From a virus (lineage: Duplodnaviria; Caudoviricetes): a stretch of 31,985 nt of DNA. Made by a program: the position numbers and the translations under genes. The stretch is from IMG/VR virus record IMGVR_UViG_3300023078_000005, positions 1 to 31,985 of that record. The stretch is one strand, 5' to 3'. Below, in pieces: positions 14,732-23,474 of the stretch (positions are counted from its first letter, which is position 1; each line of letters begins with the position of its first letter). The notes under the pieces were generated by a model, which saw only the letters and a program-made list of their open reading frames with translations, did not search any database and was not told the DNA's origin.

Positions 14732-14935
14732 ATGGAGCAGTGCTCTGATTCCAAGTGTCAGAAGCCTGCGCGTGCTGCGGTCAAGGTAACTCGCCCGAGT
14801 AGGGGGGATGTTCGCATCGCCATCTACACGGACGATCGGTACGCGCCTAAGACGGCGACCCGTACCTGCAACGAGCACACGATCGACTCTGTCAAGAGTC
14901 TCATGCTCATCCTCATCGACATCGACGGTGAGTGA
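14732..14935 (+). CDS. Small putative Zn-binding protein
   Basis: C-x4-C near the N-terminus and C-x2-H later; TGATG coupling to the next ORF. Confidence 0.7.
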   Translation: MEQCSDSKCQKPARAAVKVTRPSRGDVRIAIYTDDRYAPKTATRTCNEHTIDSVKSLMLILIDIDGE

Positions 14936-15021
14936 TGGAGTTCTTTCGTATCATCGCTGGCACCTACCTAGTGGCGGCTCTCATTGTGCTCAGCAAGAGC
15001 ATCAACAACAAGAGAAAGTAG
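14935..15021 (+). CDS. 28-aa membrane micro-protein (not in ORF track)
   Basis: ATG overlaps the upstream TGA; MEFFRIIAGTYLVAALIVLSKSINNKRK* fills the gap to the next gene. Confidence 0.65.
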   Translation: MEFFRIIAGTYLVAALIVLSKSINNKRK

Positions 15022-15027
15022 TACATC

Positions 15028-15297
15028 ATGGCAGCACGACTCACTCCCTCGGAGCGAGCACAGAAGCACGCAGACGAGCTGGCGAAGATCAAGCAGAACC
15101 TGCTGATCTCGCTGGGCAAGGCACAAGCCGAAGTTGCGAGGCGCGGCGAGGCCAGGGACAAGGCAGAGATTGCCTTCACCAAGGCCACCGCAAACCTCGA
15201 CAACGTCTGGGCAGACCTTGCCGGCTTCGGCATCACGCCGGAGAACGCCGACGAGGCCGACACTCCGGCCATCGCCACGGCGGTAGAGGAGGCGTAA
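15028..15297 (+). CDS. Small coiled-coil protein
   Basis: Helical, Ala-rich, 89 aa; TAATG coupling to the next gene. Confidence 0.8.
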   Translation: MAARLTPSERAQKHADELAKIKQNLLISLGKAQAEVARRGEARDKAEIAFTKATANLDNVWADLAGFGITPENADEADTPAIATAVEEA

Positions 15298-16097
15298 TGC
15301 TTCCCGACCCGTCCGACGTCATTCACGATGTCTCGGGTCCGCTGCTCGGCCTACCAGTGTTTCTCGCTGGTAGTGCCGTGGCAGCGGAACAGTACCTCAA
15401 CCCACAAGGGTTCTCTGACGTGGACTTCTTCTGTCGCACGCCGGAGACCATCATGGCAGCTGCTCAGAAGCTGATCGGCGCGGGCTTTGTCCTCGACGAT
15501 CGGAACGAGAGTATCCACCACAGGTGGATGAGGTACGGCATGAAGGGTTGGCACACCAACTCCCTCAAGCTGCACTCCCCCGCAGACATCGAGGTCAACC
15601 TCGTCTTCAAGACCATCGGGAAGAAGCCAGTCCAGTCCCTCGCAGAGGTGCTGGAGAGCTTCGACTTCGGGTTGTTGGCGATAGGGTACGACCTCGAAGA
15701 TGGGCTCATCTTCAGGGACATGCGATCGTTCATGTTCCCGGACCTCCCCGACAACGCGGAGGCCTTCCCGCTCATGCCGAACAAGCGCATCGCCTGGCGG
15801 CGCGGGCAGTTCTCGCGGTATAATGGAACTCGCGAACCTTGGAGGTATTCCAAGTACGCTAGTCGTGGGTTCGACATGAGCCTGGTCAAGGAGGACCTGC
15901 TCCTTGGCTATGAAGAGGCAATAGAGTACTGGACAGATCGAGGCGATCCTGAACACCTTCAGCTCGCAGAGATCTACACCAGGCTCCACGCCGACATCAC
16001 CGCCAACAACTACAAGTCCATGCTGGACGCCGGTCTAGAGATCATCAAGGCTGACTCTCTCGACGCCATCATGGACGCACTGAATAGGACCGACTAA
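15297..16097 (+). CDS. Pol-beta superfamily nucleotidyltransferase (266 aa)
   Basis: VFLAGS...SDVDFF (hG[GS]...DxD) and downstream ESFDF, equivalent to the RRDF motif of CCA/poly(A)-type enzymes. True start at the TAATG overlap with GAGGAGG SD. Confidence 0.75.
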   Translation: MLPDPSDVIHDVSGPLLGLPVFLAGSAVAAEQYLNPQGFSDVDFFCRTPETIMAAAQKLIGAGFVLDDRNESIHHRWMRYGMKGWHTNSLKLHSPADIEVNLVFKTIGKKPVQSLAEVLESFDFGLLAIGYDLEDGLIFRDMRSFMFPDLPDNAEAFPLMPNKRIAWRRGQFSRYNGTREPWRYSKYASRGFDMSLVKEDLLLGYEEAIEYWTDRGDPEHLQLAEIYTRLHADITANNYKSMLDAGLEIIKADSLDAIMDALNRTD

Positions 16098-16300
16098 TGC
16101 CAGAGGCAACGTGCAAGACGCCCCACATTGATGGGTCCGCCTGCTACTGCAAGGACGTCGACTGCTTGTACTGCAAGCGGAACGACTGTGCCAACCGTCC
16201 CGTGTCGAGAGCCAGGGGACTTACACTTGCCGATCTCTACCGGAGCGGCTTGAGCAAGGGTGTCCTCCAGGCATCCTTCAACTACACCAACAAAACATAG
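16097..16300 (+). CDS. Small Cys-rich protein
   Basis: C..H...CYC...CLYC...C cluster; TAATG coupling. Confidence 0.65.
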   Translation: MPEATCKTPHIDGSACYCKDVDCLYCKRNDCANRPVSRARGLTLADLYRSGLSKGVLQASFNYTNKT

Positions 16301-16303
16301 AGA

Positions 16304-16738
16304 GTGAGTACCACAATCATGGCACCTGCCAAGAGCAAGAGCTCCTTCACCCTGACTAAGTTCACGGGCAACGTCGTCCAGATCGCTGGTACCGACGTGA
16401 CCGGCGCTGAGGGGTCCATCATCCTGCACGCGGACGAGTACGTTCGCCTGAACCAGAAGCTGGCCTCGATCAAGGCCGAGGATGTCTTCGACGACGCCAT
16501 CGAGGCGCACTTCAAGGACATCACCGACGCGGCCGAGGCCCTCAAGGCGGCTCGTGAGAACCCCGAGACCAACTCGGAGTTCGATATCACCATCAAGGAG
16601 GGTGTCGAGGGCGTGGAAAGCGTGAGTGCTGTCCGCATCCGTCCCTCGCTGGAGACGATCATCATTCGTCTCGTCGAGGCCGGTGACACCGACCGCCTGC
16701 GCTGGGTCAACGAGGCTCTCCTCATCACGGAGGCGTAA
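16304..16738 (+). CDS. Hypothetical protein (144 aa)
   Basis: Strong codon bias; start at GTG 16304 or ATG 16319. Confidence 0.8.
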   Translation: MSTTIMAPAKSKSSFTLTKFTGNVVQIAGTDVTGAEGSIILHADEYVRLNQKLASIKAEDVFDDAIEAHFKDITDAAEALKAARENPETNSEFDITIKEGVEGVESVSAVRIRPSLETIIIRLVEAGDTDRLRWVNEALLITEA

Positions 16739-16743
16739 GCCCC

Positions 16744-17700
16744 GTGCTGGAGACCATTCTCCGGCTCTACACGGCTAGCCAGATGGGTGGGGCATCGACA
16801 CCGGTGCCTCACCTGTTTGGCCCGCCGGGTTGTGGCAAGTCCTCAGTCGTGAGGGACGCTGCTGACCTGTTGGGAGTGAACATGTTCACGATCAACGTCA
16901 GCCGCATTTCTCCTCTCGACCTAGAGGGCGTGCAGATGCCGGACAAGAACAACAAGGCCCTGCAACTGCTGACCGCTATCTACTGGACTCAGCTGCGGGA
17001 TGGTGACATCCTGCTGCTTGACGAGTTCTTGCGAGGCTTCCCGGAGGTCTACAACGGGTTGCTGGACATCCTCACCTCGCGAGAGGTCGGTGGCTTCAAG
17101 CTGCCGAAGGTGTTCATCATCGCTGCGTCGAACACGACGGTAGCGTATGACCAGGCCCTGTCCGACAGGTTGCTTCACTTGCCTGTCCCAGATCCTCGGA
17201 AGTCCAAGGGTGAGAAGCACCGCATAGCGGAGCGGATCATCGCTGAGACGGGGCTACTGCCCGGTCTTCGGGACTCTCCGGAGATGGCGGACCTGCTCAA
17301 GAACGTGGTGCTGCCGATGTACACGATCCTGGACACCCAGAAGGGTGGCAAGAACTTGCAGGCGCAGTCTACCGTTCAGGAGCCGCACCATATGTCCATT
17401 CGCAAGCTCATCGGCATGACCCTCCTTCGGGAGGTCCACTGCCCTGAGATGGTGACGCTCATCGAGGAGAACAACCGACGCGCGATGGCTGCAAAGCAGT
17501 CGCACTACGTCGTGATCCTCGATCCCGCTGCTGCCCCACATGGCTACGCCACTGAGGTGCAGAAGCTCAAGAAGAACATGGAGGACCTGACTCCGTTGCA
17601 AGCTCGGAACCTAGAGCTCAACGAGCAGCTCCTCGCCATGCACGCCGTCAAGACAGAGGAGGTCAATGACGATGACGCTATCTTCACAGCAGCTGACTGA
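16744..17700 (+). CDS. AAA+ ATPase (MoxR-like)
   Basis: Walker A GPPGCGKS, Walker B LLLDE, sensor-1 AASN, Arg finger ALSDR. Confidence 0.9.
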   Translation: MLETILRLYTASQMGGASTPVPHLFGPPGCGKSSVVRDAADLLGVNMFTINVSRISPLDLEGVQMPDKNNKALQLLTAIYWTQLRDGDILLLDEFLRGFPEVYNGLLDILTSREVGGFKLPKVFIIAASNTTVAYDQALSDRLLHLPVPDPRKSKGEKHRIAERIIAETGLLPGLRDSPEMADLLKNVVLPMYTILDTQKGGKNLQAQSTVQEPHHMSIRKLIGMTLLREVHCPEMVTLIEENNRRAMAAKQSHYVVILDPAAAPHGYATEVQKLKKNMEDLTPLQARNLELNEQLLAMHAVKTEEVNDDDAIFTAAD

Positions 17701-18619
17701 TTCAGTCACGCTGTTCAGGATGCCGGACGGAGAGCAAGTGTCCGTCCAGACGCTGAAGGAGCTGTTGCCCGACAAGGCAACGACTCTCTTCTTCGCACAG
17801 CTGTTCAAGTTCGGGTACCACGACCTCCAGTCGCTGGTGACCGTAGTGTGGGGGCAGTCGGTCTTCGACATCCTCCACGAGGGAGGGCACTCGACCAGCC
17901 TGCAGGAGTACATCCAGTACACCGTACCTGACCAGGTATCGGCGGGCGTGGTGTACACCAGCAAGGTGATGGCACCCAGCGAGAGGGACTTCCTCGCAGA
18001 GGCGTACCGCCTCGCTGTGGTGGACATCGCTCAGTCGATCAAGGAGGTCGGCGCTAAGCTGACCGGCGTGATCGGCTCGCTGCAGGGCAAGAAGGGCAGC
18101 ATGGTCTTCCAGCACATGCGCAAGATGAACGCTCAGCGCCCCGGAATTCTCGGGACGTACGGAGCGACCATCACGCACGCTGGGCACCAGCCCAACTTGG
18201 TGATCCTCGACGTGTCTGGCTCGATGACTGAGCCGACCGTCCGTGCTATCCTCGATGAGACCGTCGGTCTCGCGTGGGAGTCGGACTCGGCGCTGGCCAT
18301 CGTGTCGAACACGACGACCTTCTGGGAGCCGGGGGAGTACTCGGTCCAGGCCGTCCTCGAAGCGGCTGAGTTCAGTGGCACGCAGTACGCCACGCTCAAG
18401 CCGCTGTTCGAGGGTCGGAACTGGGGAGTGGTGGTTACCATCGCAGACTACGACTCGTCGTGGTTCTCTGCGGAGGAGATCAAGAAGTGTGACGGTCACA
18501 TCGGAACGGTCCTCGACCTGTCGCTGGTGAACCGTCCCACGTACCTCGCCGAGTGCGTTGGTCAGCTCGCTGACGAAGTTCGCCCGCTGCTCATTGGGCA
18601 CTCTCGCTACGGGTACTGA
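17666..18619 (+). CDS. von Willebrand A (vWA) domain protein
   Basis: MIDAS LVILDVSGSM, GT motif (SGTQY), VVVTIAD; GAGGAGG SD; adjacent to the AAA+ gene. Confidence 0.8.
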   Translation: MTMTLSSQQLTDSVTLFRMPDGEQVSVQTLKELLPDKATTLFFAQLFKFGYHDLQSLVTVVWGQSVFDILHEGGHSTSLQEYIQYTVPDQVSAGVVYTSKVMAPSERDFLAEAYRLAVVDIAQSIKEVGAKLTGVIGSLQGKKGSMVFQHMRKMNAQRPGILGTYGATITHAGHQPNLVILDVSGSMTEPTVRAILDETVGLAWESDSALAIVSNTTTFWEPGEYSVQAVLEAAEFSGTQYATLKPLFEGRNWGVVVTIADYDSSWFSAEEIKKCDGHIGTVLDLSLVNRPTYLAECVGQLADEVRPLLIGHSRYGY

Positions 18620-18676
18620 CCCGTAGTTTTCAGGAAAAATTTTCCGGCACGAGTCGGAATTAACCAAAGGAGAATC

Positions 18677-19372
18677 ATGACAAGTAGCGACCCACAGATG
18701 GTCACCATCGCGGGCCGGCTGTCGTTCCCGAACCTCACGCAGGCGCAAGCCGTCGTGCAGAACGGGAAGAGCAACTTCCCCGACCCGGACGAGAAGATCG
18801 CTCCGTCGTTCTTCGTGGTCGTGAAGCAGAGCCAGATCGACAAGCTCATCGAGCACGCAGAGACGGAGTTCCTTCCGTGGTGCGTGCAGCAGGGGCTGGA
18901 CGGTCAGAAGCGCTCTGCCCTCACGCAGGCCGAGGCCGACAAGATCCTCGCGTTCCTGAAGGCCGAGGACTGGACTGACGCTCCGCCTCACACGCCCATC
19001 AAGGCGATCAGCGCGAAGCAGCAGGACATGATCGATGAGAAGGCTCCGGGCTCGGTGGCGACCATCAAGGTCTCCGGCCGTCCCGGCGTCGACATCATTC
19101 AGTCGGCTCAGGTCAACGACAAGAGCGAGCTCAAGGCGGGGGTAGACGTCAAGTCCTTCCCCAACATCGTGCCGGTCGGCCAGGTCGAGGGCGCGGAGCT
19201 CTATCCCGGCAGCAATGTCGCGGTGACGCTCAACATGTTCGCCTTCGTGGCGAGCAAGGTCCCCGGCTACACGGCGTCGGCAACGACCGTCGTGTTCAAG
19301 GGGCACAACGCGCGCTTTGGCGGAGGCGCGGGCGTCGATGAGGACGAGATCTTCATGGACGCGGACGACTAG
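18677..19372 (+). CDS. Single-stranded DNA-binding protein (T7 gp2.5-like)
   Basis: N-terminal GRLSFPNL, LYPGS, Gly linker and acidic tail DEDEIFMDADD; AAAGGAG SD; located near nuclease and PolA genes. Confidence 0.8.
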   Translation: MTSSDPQMVTIAGRLSFPNLTQAQAVVQNGKSNFPDPDEKIAPSFFVVVKQSQIDKLIEHAETEFLPWCVQQGLDGQKRSALTQAEADKILAFLKAEDWTDAPPHTPIKAISAKQQDMIDEKAPGSVATIKVSGRPGVDIIQSAQVNDKSELKAGVDVKSFPNIVPVGQVEGAELYPGSNVAVTLNMFAFVASKVPGYTASATTVVFKGHNARFGGGAGVDEDEIFMDADD

Positions 19373-19381
19373 TCCACGCTC

Positions 19382-19454
19382 GGGGGCGGAGGTAGGCAGA
19401 TAGGTGTCCTACCTCCGTCCCCTCCCTACTACAACTACAGAGGAGATCGCAATG
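19382..19454 (+). promoter_or_regulatory. Conserved leader element copy 1 (stem, AGATAGG loop, CCCTACTACAA, ATCGCAATG)
   Basis: 15-bp stem at 19382-19396/19408-19422; same loop and downstream motifs as 25632-25696. Confidence 0.7.
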
Positions 19455-19652
19455 CCAGAGACACTCTCGGGCGTCATCAGCGTCCCGTACATTATCGAGT
19501 GGAACACTCGCACGGACATCATCTCCGTTCAGGCTTGGGGTGCGCGCTCCCTGGAACAGTGGCGCGCGATAGCTGACAGTGAGGTGGGTGGCACGCTCCG
19601 CACTGTCGCTATGGAGGTCATGGACTTCGTGGAGTTGCTCCATGCCCGCTAG
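19452..19652 (+). CDS. Small hypothetical protein (66 aa)
   Basis: GAGGAG SD, ATG 19452 (MPETLSGV...). Confidence 0.75.
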   Translation: MPETLSGVISVPYIIEWNTRTDIISVQAWGARSLEQWRAIADSEVGGTLRTVAMEVMDFVELLHAR

Positions 19653-20367
19653 GTTCTCGGCGTCGTACGCCGACCGGTACATGGCCTGCAACGCAGCAGC
19701 TAACCTCGACATCGCTCTCCCCGGCTTCATCGAGCCGGAGCGAGACGAGACCGCGGAGAACGCAGCGAACCTGGGGACCATGATCCACGAGATCATGGCA
19801 GACGCAGCGGCTCTCACGCCGATGCAACTGGAGGGACTGCTCCAAGCGCTGACCTGGTACCGGGCTCTGCTCGCTCAGCGGCGCTGGAAGAAAGTCATCG
19901 AGGAGAAGGTGGACGTGGACTGGCTACCGTCAGCCCCCAAGACTACCGTCGACCTCGTGCTCTACCTCCAGGACGAGATCCACATCGTCGACTGGAAGAC
20001 GGGGAAGATCCTCGTCGACGCCAAGGACAACAAGCAGATGCTCTACTACGCTGCGACGCACGCGTGGAGAGCGCCAGGCGCTAAGGGCGTGTGGGTACAC
20101 ATCGTCCAGCCGTGGGCTGACGGTCACATCGACAGTCACTACATCACGGTGCAGGAGTTGAAAGACTTCATCGCCGACGCAGTGGCAGCGGACCTCGCTA
20201 TCACTGCTGGGAACATCACGTTCCACCCGACCGAGAAGGGCTGTCTGTTCTGCCCGGCTAACCCGCACTCGCGGGGCGCCAAGGGCAACATCTTCTGCCC
20301 TGCTCTCATGAACCTGTACTACCCAATGCCCATCGACACTGATGCCCTACTACTCGCGGAGGAGTAA
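19642..20367 (+). CDS. Cas4-like/RecB-family PD-(D/E)xK exonuclease
   Basis: N-terminal C, GTMIHE, TVDLV, IVDWKTG, QMLYYA, C-terminal CLFC...C Fe-S ligands; start MPARFSAS at 19642. Confidence 0.9.
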   Translation: MPARFSASYADRYMACNAAANLDIALPGFIEPERDETAENAANLGTMIHEIMADAAALTPMQLEGLLQALTWYRALLAQRRWKKVIEEKVDVDWLPSAPKTTVDLVLYLQDEIHIVDWKTGKILVDAKDNKQMLYYAATHAWRAPGAKGVWVHIVQPWADGHIDSHYITVQELKDFIADAVAADLAITAGNITFHPTEKGCLFCPANPHSRGAKGNIFCPALMNLYYPMPIDTDALLLAEE

Positions 20368-22745
20368 TGGACCCGGACGGATTTAAGATCGAGCCCGCCA
20401 TCAAGAAACTGATGCGGGAGAAGGAACAGAGTGACGCGTCGAAGCAAGAGCTCCAGTCGTTGTTCAACACGCTGGGAGCGCAGGCTGCTCAGGCCCAGGA
20501 ACTCTTGAAGGAAGTGCGAGTGGAGTCCAGTACCAACACCATCAGGATTCCGAACATTACCGCGACGACAGGAACGTACACTACCACGAACGCGAGTGGC
20601 AACAAGCTGCCTCCGAAGTGGTACACGGATCCTAACAACGTACCGCCGACAGGGAAGATCAAGCACAAGAACTTCATTGGCCTGGACTTCGAGACGTACT
20701 GCGAGCTCAACCTCAAAGAGGTCGGGATCGACAGGTATACGTCTCACCCGTCGTTCCAGGTCCTCATCGGATCCATGTGGGACGGCGTGGACGGGACGGA
20801 GTTGGACTTTGTCTTCGACGGGTTCAACTCACTCGACCGACTCAAGGCCGTGGCCGAGGACCCTGACCTCGTCTTCGCGGCACACAACGCCCAGTTCGAG
20901 CGGAGGTGCCTGAAGAAGCTGGGGATCACCCCAGCGAACGAGCTCACAGACTCGGCGGTCGTGAGCCGCATCAACGGGGGTGACTCCTCGCTAGCCAACG
21001 CCGCTGAGCAGCTGCTCGACGAGAGCAAGGACGGCAGGGGTGAGCGGCTCATTCGCAAGTACTGCGTGCCGCTGCCCGACGGGTCTCAGCCGGAGTACGA
21101 CGAGATGGAGGTGGACTGGACCTGGTTCCAGGACTACTGCAACATCGACGCCCAGCTGTCCTACAAGCTCGCTGAGGCTGACCGCGCTCTGAAGTGGGAC
21201 GCTGTCGAGTGGGAGAACGAGCGCATCACGCAACGCATGAACGAGCGTGGTTGGCCCGTCGACATGGACTTGGTCCACAAGATGCAGGAGCGGTTCGAGC
21301 AGAACAAGGCCGTGACTCTCCAGCTGTTCCAAGAGAAGCACGACCCCAACAAGGAGCTCAACTTCAACTCGACCCAACAGCTACAGCGGTGGTGTCGAGA
21401 GCGAGGTGTCGTTGCTACGTCGTTTGACAAGGACGCGGTGCCACGTCTCATCAAGAGTATCTCTCGGAAGCTGGAGTCGCTGGATCCTGGCCACGCCAAG
21501 TATGACGGGTACCAGGAGGTGCTGGCGCTGGTGCAGACGAAGAAGGAGTTGGGCTCACCCACTCTCTCGAAGCTCCAGAAGATCGTCGACACCGTCGGTG
21601 ACGATGGTCGGCTGCGCTACCAGTACATGCACGCCGGTGCTGCACAGACTCGTCGCTGCTCAGCACGAGGAGTACAGATGCAGAACCTCAAGAAGATGAA
21701 GCACAAGCGCAACGTCGAGGAGCTGTTCGACGACTCTATCTGGTGGAGCAACAACGACATGGCGGAGAACCTTCGCCAGGTGTTTCGTGCCGAGGATCCA
21801 GACGGTGAGATCATCGTCGGGGACTTCAGCTCCATCGAGTCTCGTGGCCTCGCCTACCTGGCGGGGGCCGACTGGAAGCTCGACATCTTCCGCAAGGGTG
21901 GGGACATCTACAAGGTCCAGGCCAGGAAGATGATGACCATCGACCCGGCCGTCGAGGTCAGTGACAGCGAGAGGCAGACCGGAAAGATCGGCGAGCTGTC
22001 GTGTGGCTACGGAGCGGGGCCGGGCGCCGTGCAGTCGTTTGCTCTCGGCTACGGAATCGAGTATTCGGAAGTGGAGGCGGGCTACGTCGTCAGCGAGTGG
22101 CGGCGCTCCAACCCAGAGGTCGTTGCGTTCTGGGAGCTGCTCGACAGAGCTCTCAAGGAGATCCTGAAAGCGAGCGTAGGGGCCGTGCAGTTCCACCCCA
22201 TCGCTCACCAGATGCAACTTCGGTTCGAGCTGCACCAAGCACCGGCGTCGCTACACGCTATCCACGCCGGAGCGAAGTCGATCTACGTGTACCTGCTCGA
22301 CAGCAGGGGTCAAGTGGTCCTGTGGACACCGTTCCACGGGGTCTACGAGAGGGACCGGTCGATCTGCTTCTACAAGGCGAGCAGCAACAAGGGTGGAGCC
22401 GCGTGGTCGAAGGGATACATGCACCCCAAGACCAACAAGTTCACCTTGTACTCTATCTACGGGGGCAAGCTGACTGGCATCCTGACTCAGGCATTCTGCC
22501 GGGAAATTTTCTACGACGTTCTCCGGAACGTACAGCGGGAAGTTGACAAGCAGCCTGAGCTGGAGATCATCGGTCAGTTCCACGACGAGATCGGCGTCGA
22601 GTACACACCAGCGAAGAAGGGCCTCTCGCTACCAGCGGGAGCCCACACCGCAATGATCCAAGCAATCATGGAAGCACCTCACCCAAGGTACCCGTGGTTC
22701 CCGATCAACGCGGTCGTCAAGTACGACAGGAGGTATACGAAGTGA
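20367..22745 (+). CDS. DNA polymerase, family A, with 3'-5' exonuclease
   Basis: Exo motifs DFET, AHNAQFE, YCNID; motif A DFSSIESR, motif B RQTGKIGELSCGYG, motif C FHDEI. Confidence 0.95.
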   Translation: MDPDGFKIEPAIKKLMREKEQSDASKQELQSLFNTLGAQAAQAQELLKEVRVESSTNTIRIPNITATTGTYTTTNASGNKLPPKWYTDPNNVPPTGKIKHKNFIGLDFETYCELNLKEVGIDRYTSHPSFQVLIGSMWDGVDGTELDFVFDGFNSLDRLKAVAEDPDLVFAAHNAQFERRCLKKLGITPANELTDSAVVSRINGGDSSLANAAEQLLDESKDGRGERLIRKYCVPLPDGSQPEYDEMEVDWTWFQDYCNIDAQLSYKLAEADRALKWDAVEWENERITQRMNERGWPVDMDLVHKMQERFEQNKAVTLQLFQEKHDPNKELNFNSTQQLQRWCRERGVVATSFDKDAVPRLIKSISRKLESLDPGHAKYDGYQEVLALVQTKKELGSPTLSKLQKIVDTVGDDGRLRYQYMHAGAAQTRRCSARGVQMQNLKKMKHKRNVEELFDDSIWWSNNDMAENLRQVFRAEDPDGEIIVGDFSSIESRGLAYLAGADWKLDIFRKGGDIYKVQARKMMTIDPAVEVSDSERQTGKIGELSCGYGAGPGAVQSFALGYGIEYSEVEAGYVVSEWRRSNPEVVAFWELLDRALKEILKASVGAVQFHPIAHQMQLRFELHQAPASLHAIHAGAKSIYVYLLDSRGQVVLWTPFHGVYERDRSICFYKASSNKGGAAWSKGYMHPKTNKFTLYSIYGGKLTGILTQAFCREIFYDVLRNVQREVDKQPELEIIGQFHDEIGVEYTPAKKGLSLPAGAHTAMIQAIMEAPHPRYPWFPINAVVKYDRRYTK

Positions 22746-23224
22746 TGATCATCGGAGTGGACCCAGGCCTCGTACACACGGGCATGGTGTTCCTCAGTGT
22801 CAACGAGGACGTCTTCACCTACGGGTCATCGTCGACAATCATTCAGGGGATCGACGCGGGGGGAATCGCGAGCCACTGTGAGGAGGCTGACCGCGTTTAC
22901 GTCGAGGACTTCAGGGTCCGAGGCGGCTTCGGCACGAACGCGCCGATGCTCAAGGGTCTCGGAGAGATCAAGGTCGCCCTGCCTAATGCCGAGTTCCTCG
23001 ACAACTGGGGGGTCAAGACCGTCATTACCAACGACGTGCTGAGGCTCTTGGGCCTCGAAAAGTTCAGCATGGCGACCAACCACCAGGACCTGAAGTCTGC
23101 CGCGCGCATCTTGCTGCTCGGCATGGCCAAGGACCCGGAGACGAACCGCCTGCTCTACAGGATGGTCGAGAGACAGTACAACCTTCGCGATCCAAAGAAT
23201 CCGATCGGCCCACTAGCAGCGTAG
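22745..23224 (+). CDS. RuvC-like Holliday junction resolvase
   Basis: MIIGVDPGLVHTG, VYVEDF, HQDLKSAA; TGATG coupling to PolA. Confidence 0.8.
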   Translation: MIIGVDPGLVHTGMVFLSVNEDVFTYGSSSTIIQGIDAGGIASHCEEADRVYVEDFRVRGGFGTNAPMLKGLGEIKVALPNAEFLDNWGVKTVITNDVLRLLGLEKFSMATNHQDLKSAARILLLGMAKDPETNRLLYRMVERQYNLRDPKNPIGPLAA

Positions 23225-23234
23225 GGAGGACAGA

Positions 23235-23474
23235 GTGACCTGGAAGAATCCTAGCCGGGCACACTTGATTAACAAGTTCGAGGGCACGGCACTACCTAAA
23301 AAGGCACCGCGCTTCAACGTGGTCGCAGCTGAGCCCTGCCCGGACTGCAAGGCTCCGGTAGGAACACCTTGTTTCTCTCTCATCACGGGAGAGTACAAGA
23401 GTGTGCCTCACATCTCACGGAGGCGAATCGCTCTCCGCAACTACTACAAGCAGAAGGAGGCCGACAATGGCTGA
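23235..23474 (+). CDS. Small Zn-finger protein
   Basis: CPDCKAPVGTPC...H..R; GGAGG SD, GTG start. Confidence 0.8.
   Translation: MTWKNPSRAHLINKFEGTALPKKAPRFNVVAAEPCPDCKAPVGTPCFSLITGEYKSVPHISRRRIALRNYYKQKEADNG

Noticed and set aside
14808-15296. N-terminal extension of the 429-aa track ORF
   Set aside because: Overlaps three better-supported small genes; the real start is the TAATG at 15297 with a strong SD.
17702-19306. 534-aa - strand ORF
   Set aside because: Antisense shadow of the vWA and SSB genes.
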